Assembly: GCF_963921235.1 (NCBI RefSeq)
Contig: NC_086097.1
Span: forward strand, 4,216,001 to 4,280,000
DNA: 64,000 nt
Source: Mobula hypostoma
Taxonomy: Eukaryota
Direction: 5' to 3'
In this document: positions 62,280 through 64,000 of the stretch, in pieces
Layout: each line of letters starts with the position of its first letter
Position numbering within the stretch: position 1 is the first letter of the stretch
Program-made: the position numbers and the translations under genes
The notes under the pieces: model-generated
The model's database searches: none
The model's input: only the letters and a program-made list of their open reading frames with translations
Told to the model about the DNA's origin: nothing

Positions 62280-62862
62280 CAAGGCTCTCTGTTGTTCGGA
62301 GTTAACCATGGGTCTTGTGTCGTAGCTGTCTTTGTGATAGGTAAGTCAGGGCAGTGGGAGATATGAAGAGCAAATTGTTGCCTTGCTGCAGGCTCCCCCC
62401 TCTCCTCACAGCTGATGGATCCAAAAGAAGAGCTGAAACCAGTACAGTTTGGCACCAGCTGTGTTGCAGGAGTTGCCAGTGTCAGTGTTGACCTCAATGT
62501 TGGACTGCCTTTGGGACACCAGCTCCAGTTTTTTCCGACGTGGTTTACTCCCGAAGCCTTTCCATGAGTGGGCATAGCGGTAAGGTAGCAGAGGTTTGAG
62601 ATTAGAGTTTTTCTTCGCCTAGATGAGCTACCAACCATGTCTGATGAGCCCCATCTGCTCAAAGCTGCTGGTTTTAAGGTGCCAGTAACCTGCTTTTGCC
62701 CCTCCTCCTGTCTGTAGAAACAGTTCAGCCGGGCCGAGTAGCTAAGCCACACAGGACTCGGTTGTCAGAGGCTATTTGAGGCGCATGCCATTGGGAGCAT
62801 TTAATAGCCAGTGGGAGCTTATCCCCAGCAACTGCCCTGGCTATGACAATCTTAAGGGACCT
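62280..62862 (-). mobile_element. RTE-like non-autonomous element, about 50 nt upstream of exon L
   Basis: The - strand has ggttggtagctcatctaggcgaagaaaaactct (RTE 5'-like motif); a sister fragment lies at 1645-1835. Confidence 0.6.
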
Positions 62863-62911
62863 TTGCATTATCATTACTTAATAAAAAGCAGTCCAATATT
62901 TTGCTCAACAG

Positions 62912-62963
62912 GAAGACATGGAAAAGCGAATAGAAAACAAGGCAGTGAATGAAAAGAAATTAG
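62912..62963 (+). CDS. PPP4R4: PPP4R4 coding exon L (52 nt, phase 0 to 1)
   Basis: caacag|GAA GAC ATG ... TTA G|gtgagt. Encodes EDMEKRIENKAVNEKKL. Its position matches human EQLEKEKQ...SDKMF, but the sequence is more diverged. Confidence 0.82.
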
Positions 62964-63423
62964 GTGAGTTTGCTTTTGTTCTCATTTGATAACTGTTAAG
63001 CACATAATATTTTCCTGCAATTTAGTTATTTTTGAAAGCAAATTTTATCACTATTTGAATACAAATAAATGACAATTTTCCAAAAGATGTTGTTGATAGT
63101 TGTATACGAACTTCACCTCTTCGTGACACCCACCCTATAAAATTAATTGGGGTGACTGCGGAAGTAAACTAAAGCAGGCATCAATCTTTTTTGAGAGTAA
63201 ATGGAATTCAAAAATTTGCAAATACAGGAAATCTGAAATAAAAGCAGAAAATACTAGAAACGTTCAACATATCAGACAGCATCCCAGCCCCTCCCACTCT
63301 GCTCTATCTCTCCTTGTCCATACTGCTTTCCACGAACACCTCCCCCCATGATATTGCAAAAAAAAAACAACTCTGCTATATCCAAACTGGTAGCATGTGT
63401 TAAACACAAGAGATTCTGCAGAT

Positions 63424-63981
63424 ACGAGGAATTCTGCAGATGCTGGAAATTCAAGCAACACACATCAAAGTTGCTGGTGAATGCAGCAGACCAGGCAGCA
63501 TCTCTAGGAAGAGGTACAGTCGACGTTTCAGGCCGAGACCCTTCGTTGGGATTAACTGAAGGAAGAGCTAGTAAGAGATTTGAAAGTGGGAGAGGGAGGG
63601 GGAGATCCAAAATGATAGGAGAAGACAGGAGGGGGAGGGATGGAGCCAAGAGCTGGACAGGTGATTGGCAAAAGGGATATGAGAGGATCATGGAAGAGGA
63701 GGTCTGGGGAGAAAGGTGGGGGAGGGGGGGAACCCAGAGGATGGGCAAGGAGTATAGTCAGAGGGACAGAGGGAGAAAAAGGAGAGAGAGAGAGAGAGAA
63801 AGAATGTGTGTATATAAATAAATAACGGATGGGGTACGAGGGGGAGGTGGGGCATTAGAGGAAGTTTGAGAAGTCAATGTTCATGCCATCAGGTTGGAGG
63901 CTACCCAGACGGAATACAAGGTGTTGTTCCTCCAACCTGAGTGTGGCTTCATCTTTACAGTAAAGGAGGCCATGGATAGAC
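63424..63981 (-). mobile_element. Penelope-like 3' fragment inserted into the end of another PLE
   Basis: Near-identical to 21820-22272; ctgcagat flanks it at 63416-63423 and 63982-63989. Confidence 0.85.
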
Positions 63982-64000
63982 CTGCAGATGTTGGAAATTC

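Noticed and set aside
62690..62790. Twister or HDV-like ribozyme in the RTE-like element (- strand ggcttagctactcggcccgg...caggaggagggg)
   Set aside because: The resemblance is superficial. I could not build the conserved core or pseudoknots by eye; a covariance-model search on a family consensus would be needed.
1..64000. The many 60-350 aa ORFs as independent host genes
   Set aside because: They are frameshifted CR1/L1/Rex/PLE fragments, their antisense shadows or low-complexity frames. Only the PPP4R4 exons have coherent splice sites and phases.

Overview
Vertebrate genomic DNA, probably from a cartilaginous fish (inferred from the repeat landscape, not proven). The window holds 12 consecutive internal coding exons of PPP4R4 (PP4 regulatory subunit 4) on the + strand (2539-62963). 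They total 1323 nt, all introns are GT-AG and the phases splice into one open frame; both ends of the gene lie outside the window. The introns are filled with decayed, often nested retroelements: CR1 LINEs, L1-type LINEs, Rex1/Babar/L2-like LINEs, GIY-YIG Penelope-like elements (PLEs), tRNA/V-type SINEs, RTE-like short elements and small DNA-transposon MITEs. Most ORFs in the track are TE fragments or their antisense shadows. Three things stand out. (1) About ten minimal type-I hammerhead ribozyme motifs sit in PLE 3' ends, one with a fully intact core (59804-59841). (2) Several PLE insertions have an inverted two-arm structure with target-site duplications, and one also carries an inverted copy of its own flanking DNA (49084-50097). 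(3) An inverted SINE pair brackets exons 28398-54163 and predicts an 858-nt circRNA with no stop codon. Exon coordinates are exact. TE boundaries were read by eye and are approximate, and TE family names are assigned from remembered motifs, not database searches.
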